Below are positions 1-12,919 of a DNA stretch of 64,000 nt, one piece after another (position 1 is the stretch's first letter; every line of letters begins with the position of its first letter). A program made the translations under genes and the position numbers. Under the pieces are notes generated by a model. It had not been told where the DNA came from and ran no database searches. It saw only the letters and a program-made list of their open reading frames with translations. Source of the stretch: Eutreptiella sp. 'Long Island Sound 2002' (lineage: Eukaryota; Protista; Euglenida). Location: contig OZ038378.1 of the NCBI GenBank assembly GCA_964036045.1, forward strand, positions 55,986,001 through 56,050,000. Direction: 5' to 3'.

Positions 1-680
1 CTACATAACCCCTGCCGCCTAGGGGGTCCCCACCGCTTCAGAGCGGGGGGCAGAATCAGAAGTGGCCCACAAGTGGGCAAGGTGGCTACATAACCCCTGC
101 CGCCTAGGGGGTCCCCACCGCTTCAGAGCGGGGGGCAGAATCAGAAGTGGCCCACAAGTGGGCAAGGTGGCTACATAACCCCTGCCGCCTAGGGGGTCCC
201 CACTGCTTCAGAGCGGGGGGCAGAATCAGATGTGGCCCACAAGTGGGCAAGGTGGCTACATAACCCCTGCCCCTCCGGGGGTCCCCACCGCTTCCGAGCG
301 GGGGGCAGAATCAGAAGTGGCCCACAAGTGGGCAAGGTGGCTACATAACCCCTGCCGCCTCTAGGGTCCCCACCGCTTCAGAGCGGGGGGGAGAATCAGA
401 AGCGGCCCACAAGTTGGCAAGGTGGCTACATAACCCCTGCCGCCTAGGGGGTCCCCTCCGCTTCAGAGCGGGGGGCAGAATTAGAAGTGGCCCACAAGTG
501 GGCAAGGTGGCTACATAACCCCTGCCGCCTAGGGGGTCCCCACCGCTTCAGAGCGGGGGGAAGAATCAGAAGTGGCCCACAAGTGGGCAAGGTGGCTACA
601 TAACCCCTGCCGCCTCGGGGGTCCCCACCGCTTCAGAGCGGGGGGCAGAATCAGAAGTGGCCCAGAGGTGGGCACATTGC
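1..680. repeat. 85-bp tandem satellite, about 8 copies, runs off the window start
   Basis: Unit ctacataacccctgccgcc...gggcaaggtgg restarts at 1, 86, 171, 256, 341, 426, 511 and 596 with few substitutions and no variable spacers. Confidence 0.97.
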
Positions 681-727
681 CTACAGGCAGGCATTTTTAG
701 TAAAATTGGTAATTCTTCCTTCGTGGT

Positions 728-1095
728 AAGGTCGTGTAATTTTTGAATTTTCGTGGTAAATGCTTGTAGGAAAAAATCGTCACATCGTGTAATTTTTTTT
801 TTGCGGTAAGTCGTGTAATTTTGTTTTTCGCTGTAAATGCGTGTAACAAAAAAACCGTCAGGTCGTGTAATTTTTTTTTTGCTGTAAGTTGTGTAATTTT
901 TTTTTCCGCTGTAAATGCGCGTAACAAAAAAACCGTCAGGTCGTGTAATTTTTGTTTTTTTGCAGTAAGTCGTGTAAGCCGGCTTACACGACTTACAACG
1001 AAAAAAAAAAATACACGACCTGACGGTTTTTTTGTTACGCGCATTTACAGCGAAAAAAAAAATTACACGAATTACAACATACACGTAAAAAATTG
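728..1095. repeat. AT-rich gtcgtgtaa(t)n repeat cluster containing a ~195-bp near-perfect palindrome centred at 980/981
   Basis: gtaagtcgtgtaagcc|ggcttacacgacttac is a perfect spacer-less palindrome; the arms match with few mismatches out to about 884 and 1077. Confidence 0.9.
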
Positions 1096-2241
1096 ACCGG
1101 GGTGGCGTGTAGCACTTACACAGTTTTATGTGTGGACTGGGGGCGACTTTCAGACTTTCAGAAAGCCCCAGGCCCATGTCTTGCAACCATTTGAGAATGC
1201 TACCCCAGCACCTGGTGTTGTTTGGACAGGGCCCTTGTTTATGCGTGACCTTACACAACACATGCCCTTGACATTGCAACCCATTTTGGGGGGGCGGGGG
1301 ACCAGTGCAGCATACCACACACCTTTTGGTAACCAGAATGCACAAGAATGCACAGCAAAGCAAACAAATCCCATTCTCAGCCACCAGACCATTTGCTGAA
1401 CCATGGCCAAACTGTTGCCAAACACGGCCATTCCTGTTCCAACGAAGACAAGGAAGCATGAAATTCACGGCTCAGCAGTCACTCAAACAGCACCCGTAAG
1501 GTGTGTTTGAACAACAACAAGGGCTCCTGCATTTTGTATATTGACGTGTTTCGCAGGTGTTTCAAGTTTTTTTTTGGGTGTGCTTGTCATGATTTGCGCT
1601 TGTACACTCTGGGAATGTGTTGCCATATCTTGGTGATTGACCTGAGACCGAAAATTACAGTGCAAAGCAGCAGACGGACAAAACTTGTCATTTCTTCCTA
1701 CAATATCATGAGACAACTGCAAACAACCATCAACTGGTTGTCGGTCTCCATCAACCGTCAGCGGTTGACGGTTGGCAGCGCCAGCGGTTGACGGTTGGCA
1801 GCGCGGTGGTCCGGGAAGTTCTATCACACAAAACAAACAAACCAAGGCCGTCCCTTAAGCAACGCCCTGTGTTTCGGCCTGCAGTCCCAAGCGAGTGTCA
1901 GGGCCGTCCGCCACACTTACAAAATACAATACTCACGGTAACCCTCCAACCACGGTCAGTTACCCCCCAGCCACTGTCGGGGTCAGTTACCTCCCAACCA
2001 CTGTCCATTACCCCCCAACCGCCATCGGTTACTCACAACCACTGTTCGTGACCCCCAGCGGGGCGCCGTCCATAATCCCTGTCCCCAAGAGGAAACAAAA
2101 AACGGGATCCTTATGGCCGGCCATCGCAAGTGTGCATGTCCATGCCCAGTGGTGCAGTTGCCTCAGCCGTGAGGCCAGCCTTACAGACGGTCCAGCGGAG
2201 GAATGGGGGGAGTCAAGGTCCAGCAGAGCCAGGGGTCTGAC

Positions 2242-2472
2242 CTGAGCCCGGGGCAACTCCTGGGAAGCGAGGCCTGTACGGGCCCTGCCCGCAAGACCTG
2301 CCGCCTGTGCCAGCTGCTGGTGCAGTGCGGTGCTGAAGGCGAGGGCCTTGCGGGCGTCGGCAAAGCCCAAGAGCGCACGGCCCTCATCGAGCGAGGCGAG
2401 GGTGCCGTCCTGGGCCTGGGCAGCCGCGGAGACTGCGTGGGAGTAGGCGCGTAGAATGTGGCTGCGGTCATC
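2242..2472 (-). CDS. Host-gene exon: second class III cyclase-like domain (degenerate)
   Basis: Acceptor ccctgtccag|GAT and donor GCTCAG|gtcaga; 231 nt, phase 0 to 0. Translation DDRSHILRAYSHAVSAAAQAQDGTLASLDEGRALLGFADARKALAFSTALHQQL...GLAGRARTGL follows the cyclase pattern HH..vr..i...gGyEvKt.GD.fm.aF...aAl.fa..lQ..l...GLrvRiG. Confidence 0.75.
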
Positions 2473-2814
2473 CTGGACAGGGAGCAGCGGACGTACTGGC
2501 CCGACCTGGAGCCCCGGTCCCCAGTTTTGGGGGCTCTATTGAAACCCCGCACGGAGTGGACAGCTGTGTTACGGCAGTTGGAGGGCATGCGCCAGCAGCA
2601 CATCAGACAGATGCCTGTCAGTGGCCAATAAACCACCACAGATGCCTCGCTACCCAAAAGGATGCAGCGGGCAGGTGCCTGGTAACAGCCACCAATGAGT
2701 AAATACAGCTCGGCGGCGGCACGCACACGTGCTGGCGCCATGCTGCACCACGCAGCCCCGCACGGTGGGATGCATTGAGGATGACCGGAAAGTGCTGCCC
2801 CGCCCCCCCCCCCC

Positions 2815-3350
2815 CCCTGTGTGACATTCCGTCAGTTTGCTGTTTCTTTACGCGGCCCTGGAAAGTCACCCATTCTTCCGGTCAGTGCAATCTGTCGGCC
2901 GCTGCGGCCTGTGCTGGTGCTGGTGCCATTTTCGCGTTGGTGGAGCCCCGTAGTTCGCGTACCGGGGTTGTGCTGATTGCTGCGGGGGTCGTGCTGATTG
3001 CTGCAGGGGTTGTTTCTCGGCCGTTGTTGCCCACTCCCCTCCGCATCATGGTCGTCCACCACCTGCCTCGCTGTGTTTCTGTGGACATGTGGTCTGTCTT
3101 GTTGCTGTTTCTTCACAGGACGCTGGACAGTCATCCGTTCTTCCCTTCACATGCTGTGTCGGGTCGCTGCGTTCTGGCGGCCGCTGCGGCCTGTGTTCCT
3201 GCTGGTGTCATTTCTGTGTCAGCGGAGCCCAGAAGTTGGCACACAGGGGTTATGCTGGTTGGTGCTGGTTGGTGCGTGGCTCATTTTACGGTTTTTGATG
3301 CCCACTCCCCTCCGCACTCAGGTCGTCCACCCCATGCCTCGCCGTTTTTC
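2815..3350. repeat. Diverged tandem duplication, two ~270-280-bp units
   Basis: Shared blocks gcggccgctgcggcctgtg and gcccactcccctccgca..ggtcgtccacc recur at about 2895/3178 and 3028/3300. Confidence 0.6.
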
Positions 3351-5800
3351 CATGTGCATGCAGCCCAACCTCTCCACCTCCATCCGGCATCCTGGTAGTC
3401 CACCACATGCCTCCCCACCATGTTGGCGTGCGCATGGGGCATGGACCCCCCACCAATCTGTGGGTCGCATGTGTGCATGGCACGCTCCTTGATGGTTGTG
3501 GGTGGCATGCACTTTGCGGCTGGCGAGCGCTCCTTTGTGGGTGATGCAGGTGGAGTGTGCACCTGTGTGGTGTCCTGGGTGGTCTGCGCTGCATGGTGGT
3601 TGCCCATCCGGTTTTGTCAATGGTTCCTTACAACGGGCCAAACTACCCTGCAGGGGTCCCTTCGGTATCCCTTCCTCCCACCAACAATCGAGTGGGCGGG
3701 CTTCGACAGCGCTGCAGGGGTCCCTCCGGTGAGGCGAAGGGCGTGCACCACTCACAAACCAGGTAGATGCCTCAAGAGCCCTACTGCTGGCCCGCTGAGT
3801 GCAGGATCTCCTAGGCACATTCCAAACCACTGAGGGCCCCCGGCTATCATAGTGGGTTCCGCAACCGGGAAACCTATGACGGTCCGGTGCGTGTCGCTGA
3901 TGTGGAAGACGATGTTCTTTCATGGAGAGCTTGAGCATACAAAAGGGGCACGGAGTCTTGGGCACGAGAGGGAGGGTGGCTGCCGCCAGGGTGGGTTCGG
4001 GCCGCTTGTTCCAACCCCCATCCCCTCCCTCCCGGTATGCCGTTGGCGGGCTCCTAGTCTCACCATTCTGACAGCCTAGCTGGGCTGCGGGAGGCACCCC
4101 CCACCTAATGCCGGTTGAGCAAAGGTGGCCCTGGCACCCGTTAGTGACGACGTTGGGTGGCCAAGCCTTCCACTGTGTTGTCGCTGCCTCCCATGAGCAT
4201 GCTCTCCCCCCCTCCTCTTGTTGGTTCTTGGTTTCCCTCGTTGTCCTTGCTGCCTCCCCTACCTCGCTGCCCCCCCCTCCCTCTCTTACTTCGAGTCGCA
4301 TGGGCCTAAGTCAGCTCCCACCACCGGGACACGGTATTGCGGATGCCCCTCCCGGGGACGGTGCTATCCGGATGAGGAAGAAGCACCACTGCCCAACAAG
4401 TGTGTAAAAGCGCGCAGTTTGTGCGCCCAGGACGGTATCGCACACTGGTCCCCAGACAAACAAACATTAGCCGTGAAGACTCAGGTGACAACATGGTGGT
4501 AACAGATGAATCTTAGTGTTTCTTGGTCACAATCTTTTCACGATAATTTGTGTAGAGTACCACATCACCCGTGCCATGTTGCACTAACAGAGACAACCAA
4601 CAGCTCACATAACTGAGCACTTGAGTAAGTTTCGGGGTATACTCATTCGGTGCAAAAAGTAAAAAAAAATGGAAAAGAAAGCACATGCCACATCTTGGAC
4701 CGAGGGATGTACCGGCAACAACGACATAGGCTCTTAGCGCGACCTCATCTCGTAAAGAAACCTCCCAGAGTTCTTGGATAGGTACTATGTCACGATCATG
4801 AATCAATATCGCCCCCAACAGCGGAGCAATATTTGCAGCAGTTCCTCCGCAGTTACTCGACAAGACATTTCCGCCTGAGCTATGGTGGGCTGTTGAAAGA
4901 CCAATGCCTGGAACTGATTTGACCGGCTGGGTGCAGGCGCGCGCATTTCCGCTTTAGCCACATGCGCACAAGTTGCTTTAGCGACGGTTGTAATGGGAAC
5001 CACTTTACCCAGGGAAACCCCATGGACGGTAACTTTGGGATTAACTTGCCAGAGAACGTATAGCAAACATGGGTCCTCGGGGCTGGCACACACAAAGAGC
5101 TCGCACCCATACTTCTTTAGGCAAAATCACAAAATGCCTCACTGATTACCAGGCGAGCACAGGTTGCACAGAGAGACGGACATGCTAGCGAGAGCCGAAC
5201 TGTCATAGCAGGGGAATGTGGCGTCATGCTTATGCCCTGCACCACATCGGAAAGGCGAGTGCAAAAAACAAGAGCGTGAGTAGCATGCATGATGGGGGGA
5301 GACACGGCTATGTCCTTCTAACGAAGCTTGTAAAGAAAGCGTCGTTAAAATTCTATGACCCAAACCCGCTAGACACCAAAAAGCACATGTAACTCCTCGA
5401 CCTGGAAATGCCGCAGGACAGTTGAAACTATCATAGGAATCCATTTAGGCCATGCAGGCAGGGCTGTTCTATCAGCAGCAGGAGATGCTGTGGGTAAGCA
5501 AACAAACATTGAGGAATCACAGTCAGGGCACGTTGCATGCTGCTGAAAACTCATGATTTATCCACACTCCCACCATGCTTTCACCTCTGCACACACAGGG
5601 AGATCAACTCTAGATTGTTTGGAAATTGACACTTCAGAAGGGGGGATATGCTCAGGGGAAATCAAGTGCTATAAACGCTCACCAAGCTGCGGTTGGGGAA
5701 TTGCGGCTATACACTAATACAACACCCACTCAGCCTGAACAAGCGGCACATAGCCAGGTGGTAAAACAAGGGTTCACAGCCACTGACGCTGGTGCTGATA

Positions 5801-7880
5801 CTATGGGAGCGCATGATCTGCACCTGCCGTAGAAGGCATGTTTCTATTTTCAACAAAGGTGGTAGGCCGTTGTTGGTGATTCCCAGAATCATAGGATGAG
5901 GCTGGGTAACCGGAAGAGGTGGTGCACCAGTGCCATTGATTGGATGGATCATAAAAGCTTGTGGACTGCTGGGTTCTACTCTCGGGGGGCGAATACCACT
6001 GGTCATACTCCCAGCCATAGTCGGGAGGTGCACTCAGACCTTTCCCTTGATTTCCGGACCCCCAATAGGGCTGTTTGGCGTTGGGACCTTGCTGGCTTGC
6101 CTCATCCTGTGTCCGCAGAGCGCCTATATGTTGGTAGGGCTCACCCAGATGATCATGTGACGGGGCCTGTAAATTGAAGCCAGAAGCTGTTCGCCATTCC
6201 ATAGCGTGTTCACGTTTAAACACCTTTTCCACCGTGGTTTTAGACAGAGTAAGGTGATAAAATCGCCGAGAGGTGTGTGCCTCATTTAACCCAGCATGAA
6301 CAGCGAAAATATTATGAACAGCTTTGTTGTAGCGGGCCGGAGAGATGGAGGGGGTCAATCCGTGAAACCTGATCACCGCAGAATCCTTGACAGAAGCTAC
6401 AGAGGCTGCCTCATTCTTGTCATCGAGAAGCAATGAGTGAACTTTACCCCACCCAGCCTGGACAAATGGACTCTTGGAGTGAGAGAGTTGGGCAGAAGCA
6501 AGGGGACCCCCCCCCCACCCCCAACAAAGGATTCAACCATAGAACCCGAGATCCCATCATCCGGCTCGTCACAACCTGTCGTGTCCAATGCACAGGCGTT
6601 AGAAATGGCACGCAGAAACATTTGGAGATGCAAGGAATTCGTTGCTTTCCTGGCTATTAAAGCTACAGCCCTTCAGAGGGATTTAATGTCCATTACCGCC
6701 TCCAAGGCGGTAATATCAAGACCATCTGGTGCTTCAAACAGAAGGGAGGAGACAATAGCATGACAGTTGCATCGTCCTTGAGTCCCTTCAGGAAATCCCC
6801 TGCCTTCACTAGGAAAATTTGGTTATCAGCAGGTTGTATAGTTGACGGGACTGACTAAACACACGGGTCATTCCACTCTTTAAGATCCGGGAGTAAATTG
6901 CGCTTCACAACGAGGCTCCGCTTCGCTAGGATCATCTTGAGGGATGTGTACAATTAGGCAGGCATACAAGCTTCAGACAAGGCCCCAAGCAGTCTACTGT
7001 CTACGTTGTGAGCCATGAGTACAGCTTTGAGCGATTGACTTGCAGTAGGCACTGCACTCTTTGGATATAATTGAACATCCTCCAAAATTTTGATAAAGAG
7101 ATCTTCCTCCATCAAACCGGCTAGGCTGGGCTCAAGCATACTTTTCCATAGAGGTATGGCAGGTTCAAGGGGACCCCCTGATACTCCGGACGATCTTCGG
7201 GAATCCGCACTCGGGGAAGCATCAGCCATCAGTGGTGGATCAGCTTTAAATCGATCGTTCAATAACGATTTAATGTGGCAAGTCTAGTCCCCAGCCTTCA
7301 GTGGGCACTTCTCTAAATGCGTGCTATCAGAATGAACTTGAATCTGAGATAATGGTTGCAATGATTTGCGCTTGCCCCATTGAGAGTAAACAGCATACCA
7401 GAGCAGCACTTGAGCCAGTGGCTTTACTTTGAGAGGCTGCATCCCGGACACCGCAGCCAAAGAATCATCAAGGGACATATTAGCAACAAAACCTTGCACA
7501 TGGATATCAGGAAACTGATTAGAGACTTGTGCTTGTGTTAAGATACGATCACACGGAGACCATTGTGCAAACATGGGTCGCAATTCCGACAAATAATTGG
7601 ACCATGTCAGAACCAGACACTGAGGAGCGCTCACCCTGTAAGTCACAACAAAGCATGCGGGAAGTTGACCGGTGAACATAGGAATGCCAACCGCTGGAGA
7701 AGTAAATACGGCAGAGCTATAACGCACATGATGAACGTCTTTTTTAGCCTGATAGAGTTGGGCTGAGACTTCGAGGTCTCCTGAGTTCGCCGACTTGCCT
7801 ATGGATAGTGATGGGTATACGTGTTGTGGTTGAACTACACCAGACTTCATTTCGGCCGTGAGATCATCGTATTCTGTCAT
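5801..7880 (-). pseudogene. Decayed long ORF of an unidentified transposable element (ORF1/gag-like)
   Basis: Co-linear protein-like ORF pieces 7284-7880, 6954-7262, ~6400-6760 and 5801-6433, separated by stops and frameshifts; Y/Q/S/P-rich C-terminus; no motif recognised. Confidence 0.35.
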
Positions 7881-8439
7881 TGCGCTACTGCAAGTGCAAA
7901 GAAAGTTGCTGTTGGGTAACAGAAGAAAATTGTTCTATCACAGGACAATACAATATGCAACGATGTGTTGGGAAGCGAACAAGCATGGGTTTTGCAATTA
8001 CTCTATTAGAAGCAGTCCCACTTCAGTGACGATTTTGCTATGCACAAGATTTACTTCATTTGATTTAGGTGAATTTACGCGATGCACCCGCTAGCCCGTT
8101 TACGGCCGGATCATTCGGATCATTCGCCCATGGGCCTAATTGCGCTCGCTATAAACCGACAACCGATAGAAGACTGCCAATTTGTTCCGCCATCGTGCAT
8201 TTGAAGCCCCGTTGCGGTCAGACCATTCGGATCATCCACCCATGGGCCTAATTAATCACTTGTGCAAACTGACGACCGGCAAGTATCTCAAAATGAATCT
8301 GTAGTGCCCCAAAGAGGACAGTACAGTGATAGTCATCCGGAATATCACGAAGACGGACAACAGCAACCCTGTAAAGAAATGGGAGATTCCACCACTGATG
8401 TTCATATGGATTCTGAACTCAACGCGACACAAAGAATCC

Positions 8440-9420
8440 CTAGTCCGGATCCAGGAGGTGAAGGCTGAGGGGCTTGAGCAGAGCGGCCTTCATATCGTCA
8501 AACGCCTTCTCTGACTCGGGGGTCCAGGCTAATGCCTTCTTACTCCCCTTCTTGCGATCCTCACGACCCACTTCCAACAGCTTAGTTAGGGGGGCTGCAT
8601 GCTCTGCGTACGTGTGAACGTACGCAGACTAGAAGTTGCAAAACCACAAGAACACCCTCATCTGTGTGATGTTCTTGGGTCGTTCCCAGTGTGCAACAGA
8701 CGCCAGCTTCCCCGGAATGGGGCGGCGAATTCCGTGGCCCACGACCTGTCCCCCGAACTCCACCTCCGTGGCCAAGAGAACTGCCTTCGCACCGTTGCAC
8801 GTCAACTGATGCTTGCGGAGGACGTCGAGGACTCGGCAGAGATCAACGAAGTGGGCCTCGATCAGCTCATCATCCTTCATCTCTGGCGTCCCGATGCAGA
8901 CAATGATGTCGTCCACAAACGGATCTGCGCAGTCCAGGTCTCGGAGAAGATCCTCCGTCATGTGCTGGAACTGAGCGTTGGCGTTCTTCACCCCCATGGC
9001 CATCACTTTCCAGCGCATGAGCCCAAGGGGGGTCAACATCGCGGTGGCGTCTTGAGAGCTCTTCACAGGGGCATCTGGTGATACCCTTGCTTGAGGTCGA
9101 GGATGCTGAAGATCCGCTTCCCCTGTTGTTTGTGCATCAGGTTGTCGATGAGGGGTAGGCAGTAGGCGTCGGGTTGGGACTCCGAATTCAAATCACGGTA
9201 GTCCACGACAAGCCTCCACTCCCCTGCCACCTTCTTCGGGACGACAAAGCAGGGGGAGGTCCAATCGCTCGAGCACGGCTTGATCCACCCTCGCTCAATG
9301 AACTTCTGCAGGATCTTGATCATGGCCTGCTCGTGTTCTCCCTTCATCTGGAAGTCGCGGTGGCGTTGGGGCCGGTATCTCTGCTTCAGGGGTATCGTGG
9401 CCTCCCCGAACGCCCCCCTC
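8440..9420 (-). pseudogene. pol: Ty3/gypsy reverse transcriptase plus connection domain (frameshift near 9065, stop at 8629)
   Basis: RT motifs in ORFs 9063-10328 and 8629-9066; the reading frame continues past the TAG to LHLLDPD at about 8445. Confidence 0.9.
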
Positions 9421-9964
9421 ACCGGCGGGTTCTGGCATGGCTTGCCACTAAGGACGTCTCCGTAGAACTTGAAGATCTCATTCATCTTGGCCTTGTACTT
9501 GGGGTGGTCCGCCAATGACTTGGCCTCCTTGGGCACGTTGACCACCGAACGCACCACCGCGTGCCTTGTCTCTGGCATCCCTGAGTTGGGCATCCACGTC
9601 TTGCGGCCGTCGCCTTCGCGGGTCATGACCCCGTCTTCAAAGTTTTGGCGACTGTTGGCTGCGGGTTGTGGATGGTGATGCTGTCGTGTGGGACGACGTA
9701 GATCGCCCCACGTCGGTGGATTGGAGCCGGTTGGTTCGTCCTCGTCAGCCCAGTGCTCCAGCATAAACGCCACAAATTCAATTCTCGTGAAGCGTCCCGT
9801 AAGGAGCGCCCGGTCTACCCACCAGGACTTGGCGGGCGGTCCCTTGGATGGGACCCCCAGGTGCATGGGGTTCCACATATACCCGCACACCATATCCAAC
9901 TCATCCGGCGAGAGAGCGTCCCGTGCCATCTTTGGCGCTCCCGTGTCGCGATTTGGGTGGGCCA

Positions 9965-10350
9965 GAGACCCATCCACATATGCGGCAATGGTGGTCCAAC
10001 CCTTGGCAGGCCGTGGCAGCGAGTTCCCCTGGGCGTCCACGAAGATGTCCTCGGTCAAAGGGAGTTGGGTGTCGATCGGGGTCATGAACCACAGATCTTT
10101 CACCCACGCGGCGTCCTTGGCGTCCTCCATCTCCAACGAGGGGATGGTCACGACAGCTCGGGGGCAGTCGCGGACAATGTTTGCTACGACACGCTCCAAA
10201 GAGCCACGTGCAGCGTGGATATACAGCGAATCCGAAACATTGCCGCTCCAACCAGGCATCCATCCATCGTCCTCCTTGGCCCAGACCTTAGGGCACTTCC
10301 GCACCGGTGCGTTGCCAAAAATGTCCATCTACGGGCCTCTCAGTCCGAGC
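9965..10350 (-). other. Degenerate Dam-like (DIRS-type) N6-adenine methyltransferase-fold domain within pol
   Basis: GP*MDIFGNAPVRKCPKVWA..DDGWMPGW..LYIHAARGSLERVVANI..AVVTIP..WVKDLWFM..LPLTEDIF matches, by eye, the pattern P.iDLFA..N.KC....dAf...W..lYaNPP.sli.rvl.Ki..ilv.P.W..Ww..l; NPP(Y/F) is replaced by HAAR. Confidence 0.55.
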
Positions 10351-10961
10351 TCACCGAGTGCCATGTGGAAGGCCCGCTCAGACAAGCCATACTCATCCTC
10401 CATTTCGGCTGTGGGGGGTCTTGTCGACGCACTCCTCACGGCCTGAGCCAAGGCGGCCCGCTCAGCTGGTTCCCAAGGAGACGCCTGAGGCTCCATGGTG
10501 GTGCTCAGCCAGCTCAGCTTATCGGCGTCCTCGACGAGCATGGTGCGCCTGTGGGGAAGAACCCCGGCGTGGGCGATGTCCAAAAAGTCAAAACCCATGA
10601 TCATGTCTAACTCCGGCAAGTCTGCTTCGAAGAACAAACCCTTGATCTGGTTTCGGTGACCAAGATCTGGGCGCAACAGCTGCTCGTGGCGGACGAGATT
10701 CAGGCGGATCTCCGCCTCATCAAGTCCGCCCTCCATGATTTCGCCATTGGCCACTCTGAGGGTGACCGGCGCGGCGTTGCGGCGCAAGGATCTGGCACTC
10801 AGCAGCCCTTTGCGCACCAGGCTAACCCGAGCTCCGGTGTCCACAACGATCTCGAAGATCCGCTCCTTGCCGACACTGCTCACCCCTCGGACCCGGAGAT
10901 GCAACTGGCGACGTTTGCCGACCTGGCGTATCGCATGCAACCCGAGGATCGCAGGATTCAT
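10329..10961 (-). pseudogene. pol: Retroviral-type aspartic protease region of pol
   Basis: FEIVVDTGARVSLV active-site motif, VANG flap and MIMGFDFL C-terminal motif; in frame with the next ORF across a single TAG. Confidence 0.88.
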
Positions 10962-11049
10962 CAGGATCTTTGTGATCCGGCTGGGTAGGCAGTACTGCGT
11001 GGGTCGTGTCTGGAGCCGTGCGCGGCTTCATCCACATCCAGTGTGTTTT

Positions 11050-12919
11050 CACACACAGTCACAAGAGTGACGGGGGTGCTCTCCTGATGAGAAGAGCAAG
11101 GGATCCCCGGTTGTAGAGACCCCCTGTCACTAGGGCTTCTCTAGGCCTTGGGCCCCGAGGATCCTTGTGGCTGGCCGTTCGCAAGCTGGTTGCGCAGATC
11201 TTGGATTTGCACCATCCGCTTGGCGTAGCGGTCCCCAATTGCGTCGATCTGACGATGTTGGTAGGGACCACGGCTACCACGCTGGTCACGCTGCGGGACC
11301 TTGTCAGGATGACGCTAGAAGTATTGTGCCTTCTCCCTCCTTGCCATTTCACAGCAAGTATCATCATGCCGATGATCACGATTCTGCCCGTAGCAGAGGA
11401 AACATCCACCTTTGCCGTCTTGACCGCTATATTGTTCACGGTACTCCCAGAACGACAGCGGTGGGGTACCCCAGTAGCATGGCTCCTTCCGCTATCGGGT
11501 TGTGTTCATCTGGTTGGTGTTCTGTACACCGAGCACTTCAGGCAGTATGGCGTCCACTTCGTGTACTCTAACTTCAGGGTAGGGACTCTGGGGCTTGTCT
11601 CCGGTGACATCGCATGCGCCACCACCGCCCTTCGGCGTGTCTTGTTTGGCGGCGGTGCTGCCCACAACGATGGCCGCGTCCGTTTGCCGAATGTCACGCT
11701 AGACTGAGTTCCGTTGACCTCCACAGTCTTGGTGTTGGGCCTCTTTGCGGTGCTGCAGGGTCATCTTCTCGCTGATGAAGTTGATGATCTCATCTGCAGT
11801 CAGCCGCGGGTCGATGGCCTGGACCTTCAGCATGCCCGTAGTCCACTTGACCCTGTCCATGGCCTTGAGACTCTCTCCCATCCCGCGGTCTTCCGTGGTG
11901 ATCATCAGGGCGTTCTTCATTTTATCGAAGCCGCAGTGCGCGGTCGCCCAGGAGTTGATCCATTGCGGCAAGCCCTGCTGCTGCTGCTGGGGTAGGAGGA
12001 CCTTGACCACCGTCTGGTATCGACCTCACTTTTGCTCCTCCACCTGGATCTTCTCCTGCCACTTGTATGGCAGCATGTCGTAGACCCGGGCGGCTTCCGA
12101 CTCCTCCGTCCAGTCCTCGACGTACCGCCTCAAGTGGCGGTACTCCCGGCGGAACTCCCGCCAATCCGCCACCCGGATGTGGCCTCCCGATGTCGTGAGC
12201 AACACGGCCTTGAGCTGGCACTAGGCATGGTGCGGGAGATCGGCGACTTCTTCCTCGCCACATCCCGTTCCAGGTAGGATCTTGCCATCGTCCACCCAAT
12301 TGTCGAGCTTCTTCTTCACGTTGGCCGGGAAACGGTGGGGGAGCATGGCCAAGCAGGACCGCTGACGCTAGGCATCACTACACCCGATGTTCGAGTCGTT
12401 GACGCATTTGTTACACATCCGCTCGAACTCGTCCAGTTCCTCTGGGTGGCCGTTGTACTTGGGCATGGGGATGTTGGCCGTGACCCGGGCCATCTGCGCC
12501 TTGGCCAGTCCGTTGGCCAGCACGGTGGGGGTTGCCCCTGTCCCTGTCGCCCGGGGCGCATTCCATGTATTCCCTCCGTACTCCTGCACGTGTAGGGCGT
12601 TCACGGCTGCCTCGGTGGATGGGGGTTGTCCCACGGCGTGCGCACCAACCTCGGCGTCAGCGACATACGGGGGCGGAGGTCCCTCAAAGGAGGGGTACTC
12701 CCCTTGCACTGGGACTTGCACCACGCTAGGTCCAAGGCCCAAGCTGTGGGGTTGCACGTGGCTCGGATTCGGCATCGGGGCGTGCGGCTCCACCGGGGCT
12801 AGCGCTCTGAGCATGCTCTGCCCGAATCCCTGTGGTGGCGCCGGGACAGCTCCAACATGTTCCGCTCGAACTTGGCACTGATGTGTAGTTGGATCCACCA
12901 TGGTTCCATTCCTGCGCAT
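11050..12919 (-). pseudogene. gag: Ty3/gypsy gag (disrupted)
   Basis: IPMPKYNGHPEELDEFER capsid-like start; downstream pieces with Cys/His knuckle-like CLKC and CFLCYGQNRDH; multiple stops and frameshifts. Confidence 0.65.

Noticed and set aside
1-680. CRISPR array
   Set aside because: Units are contiguous 85-bp repeats with no unique spacers, the context is eukaryotic and no cas genes are present.
596-1468. 290-aa ORF as a gene
   Set aside because: It reads through the palindrome, low-complexity repeats and the satellite, so it is a repeat artefact.
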